DNA of 64,000 bases, taken from positions 384,001 to 448,000 of the forward strand of contig CAVXWZ010000011.1 in the NCBI GenBank assembly GCA_963765575.1, written 5' to 3'. This DNA comes from an uncultured cyanobacterium (GTDB taxonomy: Bacteria > Cyanobacteriota > Cyanobacteriia > PCC-6307 > Cyanobiaceae). Numbering within the stretch: position 1 is the stretch's first letter; every line of letters begins with the position of its first letter. The notes beneath the pieces were generated by a model. That model did not search any database. It was given only the letters and a program-made list of their open reading frames with translations, and was not told the DNA's origin. Of this stretch, positions 24,873 through 35,016 are shown in pieces. Both the position numbers and the translations under genes were made by a program.

Positions 24873-24906
24873 TCTCCGACCAGGCCCAGCCCAGCGCCCG
24901 AGCCCC

Positions 24907-25908
24907 ATGACCGAGCGGATCCAGCTGGCCCACGGCGGCGGCGGCAGCCTGATGCAGGAGCTGATCCGCCGCGACCTGCTGCCGCTCTATGGCGAGCCGG
25001 CGCCGGTGCTGCACGATGCCGCCAGCCTGGAGCTGCCCTCCGGCCGCCTGGCCTTCACCAGCGACTCCTACGTGGTGCAGCCGCTGGAGTTCCCCGGTGG
25101 CGACATCGGCCGCCTGGCGGTGGTGGGCACCGCCAACGACCTGGCCATGGCCGGTGCCCGACCCCGCCACCTGAGCGTGGCCCTGATCCTCGAAGAGGGC
25201 CTGCCGATGGCGTTGCTGCGCCGCATGGTGGCCTCGATGGTGGCGGCGGCGAGCGCCTGTGGGGTGAGCATCGTCACCGGCGACACCAAGGTGGTGGAGC
25301 GGGGCAAGGCCGACCGTCTGTTCATCAGCACCAGCGGCATCGGTGTGATCGAGGCCGTCGAGCCGATCAGCCCGGTGGCGATCCGCCCCGGCGATGCCCT
25401 GCTGGTGAGCGGCGATCTGGGCCGCCATGGCGTGGCGATCCTGGCGGCCCGCCACGGGCTCGACCTGCAGCCGCCGGTGCTGAGCGACTGTGCGCCGCTC
25501 TGGCCCCAGGTGGCCGCCCTGCTGGAGGCCGGGGTCAAGCCCCACTGCCTGCGCGATCTCACCCGCGGTGGACTGGCCAGTGCCCTGGTGGAGCTGGCCG
25601 AGGCGGCCGATCTGGAATTTGCTGTGCAGGAGGAGCGGTTGCCGGTGATCGAGCCGGTGGCGCGCACCTGTGAGCTGCTGGGTTTCGAGCCACTGCACCT
25701 GGCCAATGAGGGCCGCTTCCTGGCGGTGCTGCCCGCCGAGCAGCTGGAGCGGGCCCTGGCGCTGCTGGGCCCGGGCGGCGCGGCCTGCATCGGCAGCGTG
25801 CGCGCCCGGCCCGCCGGCGCCTCGGCCCGGGTGCTGCTGGCCACGGCCCTGGGCACCGAGCGGTTGCTGTTACCCCTGAGCGGCGAGCTGCTCCCCCGCA
25901 TCTGCTGA
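24907..25908 (+). CDS. hypE: HypE
   Basis: LAHGGGG, FPGGDIG, GDTKVV, DLTRGG, ANEG, C-terminal PRIC. Confidence 0.96.
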   Translation: MTERIQLAHGGGGSLMQELIRRDLLPLYGEPAPVLHDAASLELPSGRLAFTSDSYVVQPLEFPGGDIGRLAVVGTANDLAMAGARPRHLSVALILEEGLPMALLRRMVASMVAAASACGVSIVTGDTKVVERGKADRLFISTSGIGVIEAVEPISPVAIRPGDALLVSGDLGRHGVAILAARHGLDLQPPVLSDCAPLWPQVAALLEAGVKPHCLRDLTRGGLASALVELAEAADLEFAVQEERLPVIEPVARTCELLGFEPLHLANEGRFLAVLPAEQLERALALLGPGGAACIGSVRARPAGASARVLLATALGTERLLLPLSGELLPRIC

Positions 25909-26484
25909 GCCACAGCGCCAGCAGGCCAGGCCGCCGCCGCGCCCCCGGGCCAGCAGCCAGCGCCCCTGCCCATCGCTGCCCGTGGCGATCAGGGCGAAGA
26001 ACGGTTGCTTGCGGGGATCTGACGGTGGCAGGGGGCGCTGCAGCAAGCGCCGGGAACCGAGCCAGAGTTCCAGCTGCTCGAAGCCGAACTGCAGCAGCGG
26101 CCGCCGGCCCAGCAGACGTCCCGAGCCCTGGAAGCGCAGCTCCAGCGCGCCGAGCCGCACGCTGTTGCAGAGCTGCAGCGGTGCTCCCGGGGTGACCGTG
26201 AGGCTTGCCCCCAGCAGGCGCAGCAGGGCGGCCTGGGAATCCTGGGGCGCCGCCGGCCCCTTGCTCCAGAGGTGTCGCAGCTCCCAGGCGCCCACCACCT
26301 GGTCGACGCCGATCCCCGATCCGGCCCGGCGCGCCTGCCGTTCCAATGCCAGCACGCGCTCGCCATCGGGCCGGCCGCCGGCTGCGAAGGGGCTGTCTGG
26401 GGCGGGGGGAGAGGGAATCGGAGAGGAGATCAACGGCGGGCCTGCTTCACATTGCTTGACGCGACCCTGAGTATCCCTGCTCAA
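25870..26484 (-). CDS. Hypothetical protein (possible fibrillin/lipocalin-like barrel)
   Basis: Protein-like ORF (GAWEL, NSVRLG, PFFALI, ARGRGGGLA); start uncertain. Confidence 0.6.
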   Translation of the reverse strand: MSRDTQGRVKQCEAGPPLISSPIPSPPAPDSPFAAGGRPDGERVLALERQARRAGSGIGVDQVVGAWELRHLWSKGPAAPQDSQAALLRLLGASLTVTPGAPLQLCNSVRLGALELRFQGSGRLLGRRPLLQFGFEQLELWLGSRRLLQRPLPPSDPRKQPFFALIATGSDGQGRWLLARGRGGGLACWRCGSADAGEQLAAQG

Positions 26485-26548
26485 CCTGCTTGTGTCGCAG
26501 GAGGTCTGGCCATACGGTGAAAATCACCACTTCAACCCCGAGGGAGCC

Positions 26549-26761
26549 ATGACCATCGAGCATGCCGATTTCCAGCTTGAGAATCGGGCTAATCAGGGCG
26601 TTGACGGGATGGCTCGGGTGCTGGTTGCCGACCTTCAGGTCAGCCAGGTCGAGGTTGCCGCTGATCCGGTGGAGGCCTACTTCGAGTGCATCACCACCTG
26701 CTCCCTTGACGATGGTGAATGCGTCACCACCTGCACCGATTTGCTGCGGGAACAGATGTGA
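26549..26761 (+). CDS. Small acidic Cys-rich protein
   Basis: GGAG RBS before ATG 26549; C-terminal YFECITTCSLDDGECVTTC. Confidence 0.7.
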   Translation: MTIEHADFQLENRANQGVDGMARVLVADLQVSQVEVAADPVEAYFECITTCSLDDGECVTTCTDLLREQM

Positions 26762-26767
26762 TCACGA

Positions 26768-27472
26768 TCAGATGATCTCCACGTTGCCGTTGTTTCTCAC
26801 CACCAGCGTGCCGTTCTGCTGATCGATGTCGATACGGTCGCGGCGCCGTCCACCGATGGCGCCCACCGTGTCGAAGTCGAACAATCGCAGCCTGTCGTCA
26901 CGCCGCTCGATGCGTACTTCCCGGCCTCGGCGTCCACCCCCGCGGCGCCGCAGGTCGTAGCGGCCAGTGGGTAGCTCAAGGCTGTCGCGCTCCTCCTCGC
27001 TGCCGAACACGGTGTGCTCGCCGAAGCCGATGAAGGTGTTGCGGCCCTGACCCAGGTCGATGAAGCCGCGGCCGCGGATGCCGCCGTCGCTCACATCGAC
27101 CAGATCGTCGCCACCCTGCATGAACACGAAGCGGCGGTTGCGCATGGCCCGATCGCCGCCGGAAGCCTCAAGGCTGTCGTCGCCGGGGCCCATGTAGATG
27201 AAGCCCTCATTGCGGATGCCGATGCCGTTGCGGCTGCTGCCGATCAGCTGGTCATCGCCGCGGCCGAACTGCAGGTTGCCACGATCGCTGAAGTAGCCGG
27301 GCTTGCTGTTGCGGCGCCGGCCGATGATCACATCGTCGCCCCTGAGCGCATTGATCAGGTCGCGGCCATCGGTGCGCACGCCCCCGCGCTCATCGATCAC
27401 CCGATTGACCCGGCGGCTCCAGCGGCCGCTCGTGGCGCCGGACCACCCTTCGGGGTTGAGAATGGTTGCCAA
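26768..27472 (-). CDS. Protein with RTX-like (hemolysin-type Ca-binding) repeats
   Basis: LRGDDVIIG, GRGDDQLIG, GPGDDSLEA, QGGDDLVDV repeats. Confidence 0.65.
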   Translation of the reverse strand: MATILNPEGWSGATSGRWSRRVNRVIDERGGVRTDGRDLINALRGDDVIIGRRRNSKPGYFSDRGNLQFGRGDDQLIGSSRNGIGIRNEGFIYMGPGDDSLEASGGDRAMRNRRFVFMQGGDDLVDVSDGGIRGRGFIDLGQGRNTFIGFGEHTVFGSEEERDSLELPTGRYDLRRRGGGRRGREVRIERRDDRLRLFDFDTVGAIGGRRRDRIDIDQQNGTLVVRNNGNVEII

Positions 27473-27598
27473 GGGTGCCGTGCGCAGGAGCGCCCCGATC
27501 CTCCCACCGCGTTCCTGGCAGGGTCAAGGCGCGCTGCTCAAGGGCGGGCGCCAGGCTGGCGGCCCTGTGTCGCTGGCTCCGCAGGGGCCGAGGAACCG

Positions 27599-28984
27599 AT
27601 GACGGCCGGCTCACCCAGCCCCCCACCCAGCTCCTCAGCGAGCCCCCCGCCCCGGTCCCTGCCCGGCACCGGCGCCGCCAGCGGCATCCTCGAAACCTTC
27701 GCCTTCTTCCGCGATCCCCACTTCGCCCGGCGGCGTTTCGCCCGCCACGGCAACGTGTTCGCCACGCGCCTGCTGGGCCAGCCGCTGGTGTTCATCCGCG
27801 GCCAGCGGGCGATCGCCGATCTGCTCGCCGATGGCGGCAGCGTGCAGGGCTGGTGGCCCGCCAGCGTGCGTGAGCTGCTCGGCAGCCGCTCGCTGGCCAA
27901 CCGCAACGGGGCCGACCACCGGGCCCGGCGCCGGGTCGTGGGGCAGCTGTTCGCCCCCGCCGCCCTGCGCCGCTACAGCCCGGCGATTGTGGATCTGGTG
28001 GACGAGCTGGTTGCCGAGCTGGCCGCCAGCCGCGAGCCGCTGGCCCTGGCCGCCCGCCTGCGGCGCTTCGCCTTCACGGTGATCGCCACCGTGGTCCTGG
28101 GCCTGGAGGGGGCCGACCGGGAGGCCCTGTTCAGCGATTTCGAGATCTGGACCCGGGGCCTGTTCTCCTTCCCCCTGGCGCTCCCCGGCAGCCCTTTCGC
28201 CCGCGCCCTGGCGGCCCGCGGCCGGCTGCTGGAGCGGCTGGGGGTGGTGCTGGAGCGTGCCCAGACCCAGGCGGCAGCTGGCGAGGGCCTGGCCGCCGGG
28301 GGGCTGGATCTGCTGGCGGGCGGGCTCGATGAGGCCGGTCTGCCCCTCGCCGATGACGACGTGGTGGAGCAACTGCTGTTGCTGCTGTTCGCCGGCTACG
28401 AAACCACGGCCTCCTCTCTCAGCTGTCTGCTGCTGGCCCTGCTGCAGCACCCCGAGGTGGGGTCCTGGCTGGGCCAGGAGCTCGCCGGTCTGCCCTGGCC
28501 GCCGGCGGCGGAGCAGGCCTCCAGTGCCTACGACCCCACCCGGGCGCCGCGCCTCGATGCGGTGGTGCAGGAGGTGATGCGCCTCACGCCCCCGGTGGGT
28601 GGCTTCTTCCGCCGCACCACCGCACCGCTGCTGCTCGATGGGGTGCCGGTGCCCGCCGGCTCGGTGGTGCAGGTGGCCCTGGCGGCCCACAACCGCCATG
28701 CCGAAGCGGCCGCGGATGATCTGGAAATCTTCCGGCCCCGGCGCCACCTCGACGGCGGCTGCCCGCTCGCCCTGCTGCCCTTCGGCGGTGGCGAGCGGGT
28801 GTGTCTGGGCAAGGCCCTGGCGGAGCTGGAGATCCGGCTGCTGGCGGTGGGGCTGCTGCAGCGGCTGCAGCTGGAGCTGGTGCCCGGTCAGAACCTGGAG
28901 CTGCAGGTGATCCCCAGCCCCACCCCCCGCGATGGCCTGCTGGTGCGCACCAGGATGGGTTCTCTTGATCCCGACGGGCGATGA
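27599..28984 (+). CDS. Cytochrome P450
   Basis: AGYETT I-helix, EVMR (ExxR), FGGGERVCLG heme motif. Confidence 0.95.
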   Translation: MTAGSPSPPPSSSASPPPRSLPGTGAASGILETFAFFRDPHFARRRFARHGNVFATRLLGQPLVFIRGQRAIADLLADGGSVQGWWPASVRELLGSRSLANRNGADHRARRRVVGQLFAPAALRRYSPAIVDLVDELVAELAASREPLALAARLRRFAFTVIATVVLGLEGADREALFSDFEIWTRGLFSFPLALPGSPFARALAARGRLLERLGVVLERAQTQAAAGEGLAAGGLDLLAGGLDEAGLPLADDDVVEQLLLLLFAGYETTASSLSCLLLALLQHPEVGSWLGQELAGLPWPPAAEQASSAYDPTRAPRLDAVVQEVMRLTPPVGGFFRRTTAPLLLDGVPVPAGSVVQVALAAHNRHAEAAADDLEIFRPRRHLDGGCPLALLPFGGGERVCLGKALAELEIRLLAVGLLQRLQLELVPGQNLELQVIPSPTPRDGLLVRTRMGSLDPDGR

Positions 28985-29664
28985 CGCAGACGGTGGTGCC
29001 GCGGCAGGACGTGCTCAGTGCGGCCGAGCGCTTCAAGCTCGACGGCGACGACGACGCCCTCTTCTATGCCGAGCCGCGCTTCGTGCAGCACCTTGATGCC
29101 GCCTTCCGGGCCCGGCTCCAGGCGCTCTACCGCGAGCGCATCCCGCCCTGCGCGGTGGTGCTGGATCTGATGAGCAGCTGGGTGAGCCACCTGCCCGAGG
29201 ACGTGAGCTACGAGGAGGTGATCGGCCATGGCCTCAATGAACAGGAGCTGCGGGCGAATCCGCGCCTCGATCGCCACTGGCGGCAAAACCTCAACACCGA
29301 CCAACGCCTGCCTCTGGACGATGCCAGCGTCGATGCGGTGCTGATCGTGGCCGGCTGGCAGTACCTGCAGTATCCCGAGGCGGTGGCGGAAGAGCTGCTG
29401 CGGGTTGTGCGGCCCAAAGGGCAGGTGATCGTGGCCTTCTCCAACCGCATGTTTTTCCAGAAGGCGCCACAGATCTGGACCGACGGCGGCGATCGCGATC
29501 ACCTGGCCACGGTGGCGCGGGTGCTGATGGCCCAGGGCTGGCCGCGGCCGGAGCTGATTGCCGAGGACACCCCCGCGGCTGGTCCGCTGGGCTGGATCGG
29601 CGCCAAGGGCGATCCCTTCTTCGCCGTCATCGCCGCCCGTGGGGCGGTGGCCGCGGCGGGCTGA
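28981..29664 (+). CDS. SAM-dependent methyltransferase
   Basis: FYAEPRFVQHLD, LDLMSSWVSH, FSNRMF. Confidence 0.88.
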   Translation: MTQTVVPRQDVLSAAERFKLDGDDDALFYAEPRFVQHLDAAFRARLQALYRERIPPCAVVLDLMSSWVSHLPEDVSYEEVIGHGLNEQELRANPRLDRHWRQNLNTDQRLPLDDASVDAVLIVAGWQYLQYPEAVAEELLRVVRPKGQVIVAFSNRMFFQKAPQIWTDGGDRDHLATVARVLMAQGWPRPELIAEDTPAAGPLGWIGAKGDPFFAVIAARGAVAAAG

Positions 29665-29708
29665 ATCCGCTGCTCTCGCTAGCGTCAGCGAACAAACTGT
29701 CCTCCGGC

Positions 29709-31232
29709 ATGCGCATCCCTGGCCCTTCCCTGAGCCTGCTCGCGATGGGCTTGCTCGGCGGCAGCCTGCTCACGGCGGGGCCGGCCAGGGCGATCGAGGA
29801 GGTGGTGATCGAGTTTCCCCAGCTCGAGCTCGAGGTGATCGTGCGCGTGCCGGAGCTGGAGAATCCCGCCCTGCTGCGGCAAGGCACCAGCGATCTCGCC
29901 GAACTCGACCGCGCCAGTGGCGGTGCCCTGGGCCCGAAGCTGAGCGAGTTGTTCAACCAACCGGTGCCGGTGGGGCTGGTGAACATCGCCGAGGGGTCGG
30001 TGGGCTCGCCGCTGCTGGACCAGGCGTTGCTGGTGCTCTCCAGCCTGGGCACGGTGGAGGGATCGGATCAGGTGTTCACCGGGGACGACCTGCAGGCGGC
30101 GCTGAAGGCTGGCACCGCCGGTGCTGACCCCACGTTGTTGTCGTTGATCAAGGCCATTCCCGGCGAGCGGGTGCGGCTGAATCTGGGGCGGATCCGCGAG
30201 GTGACCGAGAGCATGCTGCGCCAGCGCCGCATGAGCGAGGCGCTGATCGCGGCGGTGCCCCCGGCGCCGGTGGCTGCGGTGCCTCCGGCGCCGGCGGCTG
30301 TGAACCGCATCGAGCTGCAGCTTCCCGTGGCGCATCGCCCCGAGCCCCTCGATGTGGTGGTGCTGCGACCGGCCGAGGGCGGCAACGGCCGGCTGGTGTT
30401 GATCTCCCATGGCCTCTGGGACTCGCCGCTCTCCTTCGAGGGCTGGGGTCGGCGCCTGGCGGCCGCTGGCTACACGGTGGCGCTGCCCCGGCACCCCGGC
30501 AGTGACCAGCAGCAGCAGCGGGAGGTGCTCAGTGGAAAGCTGCCGCCGCCCACGCCCGAGGAACTGGTGTTGCGGCCCAAGGACCTCAGCGCGGTGATCG
30601 ATGGGGCCGGCGCCGGTGGGCTGGGTGCCGGCCGACTCGACAGCGAGCAGGTGGTGGTGATCGGCCATTCCTGGGGTGCCACCACGGCGCTGCAGATGGC
30701 CGGTACGCCCACCACCGACACCAACCTGCGGGAACGCTGCTTCGACCTCAGGGATCCCGACCGCAACCTCAGCTGGACGCTGCAGTGCAGCTGGCTGGAT
30801 GCGGCCGATGCGGGGGCTCTGGGCGATCGCCGTGTGATCGCCGCGGTGGCGGTGAGCCCACCCCTGGCGCTGGTGTTCCCAAGCGGCTCGGGCGAAAAGC
30901 TGCATGCCCGCATGCTGGTGGTGAGCGGCAGCCGCGACTGGGTGGTGCCGCCCGATCCGGAGGCCTTGACGCCGATTTCACGGGGTGGTGCCACCCGCGT
31001 GGGCCATCGCCTGGTGCTGGCCCAGGGCGGCGACCACTTCAACCTGCGGCCCGGTGAGAGCGCCGATGGCGGCGTGCTCGGCGGCGTCATGCTCTCCTGG
31101 ACCGAGGGGGCCTTCGCCGCCGGCGAGCGGGCCAGGCCCGCAGCCGGAGCCGCCTCCCTGTTCAGCACCGCGGACTGGGGCCATGCCCTGATTCCGCTGG
31201 TCGATGTGAGCGAGAGCCTGCAGGCTGAGTGA
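29709..31232 (+). CDS. Secreted alpha/beta hydrolase (DUF1400-type N-terminus)
   Basis: Signal peptide, ISHGL, HPGSD, GHSWG nucleophile elbow, DHF. Confidence 0.85.
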   Translation: MRIPGPSLSLLAMGLLGGSLLTAGPARAIEEVVIEFPQLELEVIVRVPELENPALLRQGTSDLAELDRASGGALGPKLSELFNQPVPVGLVNIAEGSVGSPLLDQALLVLSSLGTVEGSDQVFTGDDLQAALKAGTAGADPTLLSLIKAIPGERVRLNLGRIREVTESMLRQRRMSEALIAAVPPAPVAAVPPAPAAVNRIELQLPVAHRPEPLDVVVLRPAEGGNGRLVLISHGLWDSPLSFEGWGRRLAAAGYTVALPRHPGSDQQQQREVLSGKLPPPTPEELVLRPKDLSAVIDGAGAGGLGAGRLDSEQVVVIGHSWGATTALQMAGTPTTDTNLRERCFDLRDPDRNLSWTLQCSWLDAADAGALGDRRVIAAVAVSPPLALVFPSGSGEKLHARMLVVSGSRDWVVPPDPEALTPISRGGATRVGHRLVLAQGGDHFNLRPGESADGGVLGGVMLSWTEGAFAAGERARPAAGAASLFSTADWGHALIPLVDVSESLQAE

Positions 31233-31239
31233 GCGGCAG

Positions 31240-31740
31240 TCAGGTTTCGCGCAGCCGCGGCAGCAGCTGGGCCAGGTTGCAGGGCCTGGTGGTGGGATCA
31301 AGCTGTGGAGCGATGATCCGCTCCCAGGCTGTGGTCACCGCGTCCAGGGAACCGGGCAGCACGTAGATCACCGTGCCATTGGCCACCCCCGCCAGGGCGC
31401 GGCTCTGCAGAGCACTGGTGCCGACTGTCTCGTAGGAGAGCATGCGGAAGAGCTCACCGAACCCCTCGATCGTCTTGTCGAGCAGGGGTGCCACCGCCTC
31501 CGGTGTGCCGTCCCGGCCCGTCAGGCCCGTGCCGCCGGTGGTGAGCACCACGGCGAAGCGGTCGTCGGCGATCCAGTGGCTCAGCCGGGCGCGGATGGCG
31601 TAGCGGTTGTCGGGGACATGGGCACGCTCCAGCAGCTGGTGGCCCGCCCCCTCCAGGCAGCGCTGCAGGGCATCACCGGAGGGATCGTCATCCTGTCCGC
31701 GGCTGTCGGACACGGTGAGCAGCGCAAGCGGCAGACCCAT
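31240..31740 (-). CDS. moaB: Molybdenum cofactor biosynthesis protein B
   Basis: LTVSDSR, TTGGTGLTGRDGTPEA, LPGS. Confidence 0.92.
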   Translation of the reverse strand: MGLPLALLTVSDSRGQDDDPSGDALQRCLEGAGHQLLERAHVPDNRYAIRARLSHWIADDRFAVVLTTGGTGLTGRDGTPEAVAPLLDKTIEGFGELFRMLSYETVGTSALQSRALAGVANGTVIYVLPGSLDAVTTAWERIIAPQLDPTTRPCNLAQLLPRLRET

Positions 31741-31872
31741 GGAATGGCCCCGGCGGATGCCACCGAAGTTAGGCAGGCCCGCTCCTGGCGTACGGCAGTG
31801 CCGCTGCGGAATCACCGGTCGATCTGGGTAGGGTTCGTCGATCAACCCATGGCTTGTCCGCGGGTGCGATCG

Positions 31873-32271
31873 ATGCCCTCGCCACGTTCTGTGACCGCTC
31901 CCCTAGGCGCTGAAGCTGACCCGGCAGCGGTGATCACGGTCCTGCTGTTCGGGCCGTTGCGCGAGGCCGCCGGCTGGGACTGCCGCCACCTGGCCCCCGG
32001 TCTTGCCACCGGGCCAGCGCTGACACCGGCGGGGCTCTGGCGGCAGCTGGGCCTGGAGCCCCTGGGCGCCCTCGCGGGAACGGCGCAACCATTGACCGCG
32101 AAGCCACCAGCCTCGGAGTCCCCGCCCCTGGAGTCACCGGCCACGTTCCCCCAGCCGCCAGTCTCCCCGCCGCCGATCCGCGTGGCGGTGAACCAGGTGT
32201 TTGCTTCGGCCCACACCATTCTCCAGGCGGGCGACGATGTGGCCTTCCTGCCTCCCATCAGCGGTGGCTGA
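31873..32271 (+). CDS. moaD: Molybdopterin synthase sulfur carrier
   Basis: VLLFGPLRE, VAVNQ, AFLPPISGG C-terminus; start uncertain. Confidence 0.85.
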   Translation: MPSPRSVTAPLGAEADPAAVITVLLFGPLREAAGWDCRHLAPGLATGPALTPAGLWRQLGLEPLGALAGTAQPLTAKPPASESPPLESPATFPQPPVSPPPIRVAVNQVFASAHTILQAGDDVAFLPPISGG

Positions 32272-32275
32272 GGCG

Positions 32276-32872
32276 ATGGCTGAGGCGATGGCGGCCACGG
32301 TGGTGCGGCTCTGGAGCGAGCGCTTCGATCCGTTCGTCACCCTGGCGTCGTGGCAGGCCGAGCTGGCCGCCAGCGGTCCCCTCGCCGCAGCGGAAGCGCA
32401 CTTCATCGGCCGGGTGAGGGCCGTGACAACCAGCGGTGCCGCCCTGGAGGCCCTCGAACTGGAGCATTACCCCGGCATGACGGAGGCCCAGATCGGCCGT
32501 CTGGCCGCCGCCTGTGCTCGCCGCCACGGACTGGCCGCGGTGCGGGTCGATCACCGGGTGGGGCGGATCAGCCCCGGTGAGCCGATCGTGCTCGTGGCGG
32601 TCTGCGCCGAGCGGCGCGGTCCCGCCCAGCGGGGTCTGATGGAGCTGCTCGAAGCGATCAAGCACGAGGCACCCTTCTGGAAGCGCGAATGGAGCGCCAA
32701 CCGCGGCCGCTGGGTCGCCAACACGCCCCTGCGTGACTCAGAGGCTGGGCAGCCTTCAGAGGATCGGCAGCCGCAGCAGCTGGGCCCAGAGCTCCTCACC
32801 GGGCTCCAGCAGGGTGGCCGCGGCCGGAATCTCCACCAGCAGATCGGCCCCCTGCAGCGATCCGATCCGTGA
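32276..32872 (+). CDS. moaE: Molybdopterin synthase catalytic subunit
   Basis: FIGRVR, LELEHYPGM, HRVG, KHEAPFWKRE; 3' end overlaps moeA. Confidence 0.9.
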   Translation: MAEAMAATVVRLWSERFDPFVTLASWQAELAASGPLAAAEAHFIGRVRAVTTSGAALEALELEHYPGMTEAQIGRLAAACARRHGLAAVRVDHRVGRISPGEPIVLVAVCAERRGPAQRGLMELLEAIKHEAPFWKREWSANRGRWVANTPLRDSEAGQPSEDRQPQQLGPELLTGLQQGGRGRNLHQQIGPLQRSDP

Positions 32873-34012
32873 GGAGGCCTGGCTGCCCTCCAGCCGCGCC
32901 AGCGGCCGGCCGTCATCGCTGATCTCCAGACGCGCCCGGGCCAGCTCGGGGCGGCCACTGCGCCGCTCCAGCCGGTTGGCCAGTTGCACCCGTAGCCGCG
33001 GCAGCCCCCGCGGTGCGGCGATGCCCTCCAGCCGTTCCAGGGCCGGCCAGAGCAGCTGCAGAGCGGTGATCGCCGCCGCCACGGGGTTGCCCGGCAGGCC
33101 AAAAAATGGACGCCCGGCGAGCCGGCCAAAGGCGAAGGGCCGACCGGGGCGCAGAAACAGCTTCCAGAACTCCACCTCGCCGAGCTCGGCCAGCAGGGGG
33201 CGAATCCAGTCGCCATCCCCCACCGAAACGCCCCCGGTGCTCACGACCACATCGGCGCCGGCGGCGAGCTCCGCCAGGGCGGCCCGCAGGGCGGCGGGAT
33301 CGTCCGGCGCCACGCGCACGGTCACCACCTCCTGCCCCAACCGGCGCAGCAGGCTCACCAGCAGGGTGCTGTTGCTCTCCCAGATCTGGCCTGGCTGGCG
33401 CCGGACCCCGATGGGCACGAGTTCGTCGCCGGTGATCAGCAGCCCCAGCCGCGGCCGCGGCCGCACCGCGAGGGATTCCACCCCGCAACCGGCCAGCCGG
33501 GCCAGATCGGCCGGGCCCAGCCGGACGCCGGCCGGCAGCAGCTCCAGACCGGCGGCGGCCTCTTCATCGGCGGCCCGGATCCAGCGGTTGGTGGCGGGGT
33601 CAGCCTTGAGCCGAATCGTCTCGGGGCCAGCTGCGGCCAGCCGTTGGCAGTCCACCAACTCCTGGGGAAGCACCCGCTGGGCCTGATCGGGCACCGCGGC
33701 GCCGGTGAGGATGCGGATTGCCTGGCCGGCAGCGAGAAGCCCCTCGAATGGCCGACCGGCCGCTGAGCGCCCGACCAGGGTCCAGCTGCTGCCCACCACG
33801 GGGGGCTCGGCGTCGCCCACCGCATAGCCATCCATGATCGAGGCGCGGAACCCGGGCACCGCGGCGGCGGCGTGCAGGGGCTCGGCGTTCACCCGGCCCA
33901 GCGCTGCGCCCAGGGGAATGGCGGCGCTGCCGGCAAGGGGCTGCACGGCCGCCAGCACCAGCCGACGGGCTTCAGCCAGCTCCAGTCCTTCGCGGGGAAA
34001 GGGTTCAGCCAC
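32756..34012 (-). CDS. moeA: Molybdopterin molybdotransferase
   Basis: [27 protein letters not shown]. Confidence 0.93.
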   Translation of the reverse strand: MAEPFPREGLELAEARRLVLAAVQPLAGSAAIPLGAALGRVNAEPLHAAAAVPGFRASIMDGYAVGDAEPPVVGSSWTLVGRSAAGRPFEGLLAAGQAIRILTGAAVPDQAQRVLPQELVDCQRLAAAGPETIRLKADPATNRWIRAADEEAAAGLELLPAGVRLGPADLARLAGCGVESLAVRPRPRLGLLITGDELVPIGVRRQPGQIWESNSTLLVSLLRRLGQEVVTVRVAPDDPAALRAALAELAAGADVVVSTGGVSVGDGDWIRPLLAELGEVEFWKLFLRPGRPFAFGRLAGRPFFGLPGNPVAAAITALQLLWPALERLEGIAAPRGLPRLRVQLANRLERRSGRPELARARLEISDDGRPLARLEGSQASSRIGSLQGADLLVEIPAAATLLEPGEELWAQLLRLPIL

Positions 34013-34499
34013 CGGCAGGGCGGCTCCAGGCGCCGTGGCGTCCGCCCTGCTTGCTCAGCAGGCGCACCGGCCCGATCGTCATCGCCGGATCGACGGCCTT
34101 GAGCATGTCGTAGAGGGTGAGCAGACCCACCTGCACCGCCGTCAGCGCCTCCATCTCCACACCGGTGGGGCCCAGGCAACGGGCCGACACCTGCAGCCGC
34201 AGGCCACTGCCCTGCGGCAGGGGTTCGATCTCCACCTCCAGGCCCGACAGGCTGATCGGGTGGCAGAGGGGGATCAGCTCCCAGGTGCGCTTGGCACCCT
34301 GGATGGCGGCCACCCTCGCTACGGCGAGCACATCGCCCTTGGCAGCGGTGCCGGCCATCACCAGCTGCAGGGTGGCCGGCGCCATGCTGATGATGCCCTC
34401 GGCCACGGCGCTGCGTCGGGTGGGCTGGCGGTCTCCCACCTCCACCATGTGCACCTGACCCTCCGGGGTGAGGTGGGACAGCTGGCGCTCAACGCTCAC
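34005..34499 (-). CDS. moaC: cPMP synthase
   Basis: [36 protein letters not shown]. Confidence 0.94.
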   Translation of the reverse strand: MSVERQLSHLTPEGQVHMVEVGDRQPTRRSAVAEGIISMAPATLQLVMAGTAAKGDVLAVARVAAIQGAKRTWELIPLCHPISLSGLEVEIEPLPQGSGLRLQVSARCLGPTGVEMEALTAVQVGLLTLYDMLKAVDPAMTIGPVRLLSKQGGRHGAWSRPAGG

Positions 34500-34686
34500 C
34501 CAGGGCCTGCCAGAGGGTGGAGGGGTGGGCCACCACGGGCTCGACGGAGCGCCCGGGAACCGCCGCCTGGCGAGAACTCGCCACCAGCTGGACCGCCAGG
34601 GAACCCACGACGAACATGCCGCAGAAGGCCAGAGCGATGCCCAGGGAGCTGGGGCGCGAGGCAACGGAAGCAAGCCGTTGGGCCAT
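34489..34686 (-). CDS. Small single-TM hypothetical protein
   Basis: 65 aa with hydrophobic helix, co-oriented with and overlapping the moaC start. Confidence 0.5.
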   Translation of the reverse strand: MAQRLASVASRPSSLGIALAFCGMFVVGSLAVQLVASSRQAAVPGRSVEPVVAHPSTLWQALGER

Positions 34687-34710
34687 GGCCGGATGGAAGG
34701 GAGAACCCCC

Positions 34711-34920
34711 TCAGTATGGAGATGCTGACCAAGGCGACGCCAGCGGCGGCGGAGCGGCCAGCGAGCTGAAGACGGGTTGGGCGCCGTGCAGGCCGACGTG
34801 GGCGATCCCGTGGAGAATGCCGAGACAGAGGCCCAGGCCGGCGGCCAGATTCACGCTGCTGCAAGCCCCGATCGAGGAATCTTGTGTTGGCTGGGGCCGT
34901 GGCGCTGCAGCCACCGACAC
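34711..34920 (-). CDS. Small hypothetical membrane protein
   Basis: Hydrophobic segment [21 protein letters not shown]; start uncertain. Confidence 0.4.
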   Translation of the reverse strand: MSVAAAPRPQPTQDSSIGACSSVNLAAGLGLCLGILHGIAHVGLHGAQPVFSSLAAPPPLASPWSASPY

Positions 34921-35016
34921 CGAAGCCCAACAGAATCAGGTCCCCGGGATGCTCCCGTTCAGGCCCCTCCGTTGCAGGGGTTGGAGTCAGATTTCTTCAC
35001 CGCCTCAGCGCTTCCC

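Noticed and set aside
26549..31232. RiPP biosynthetic cluster
   Set aside because: No recognisable leader, RRE, dedicated peptidase or transporter, and an opposite-strand gene separates the peptide from the enzymes.
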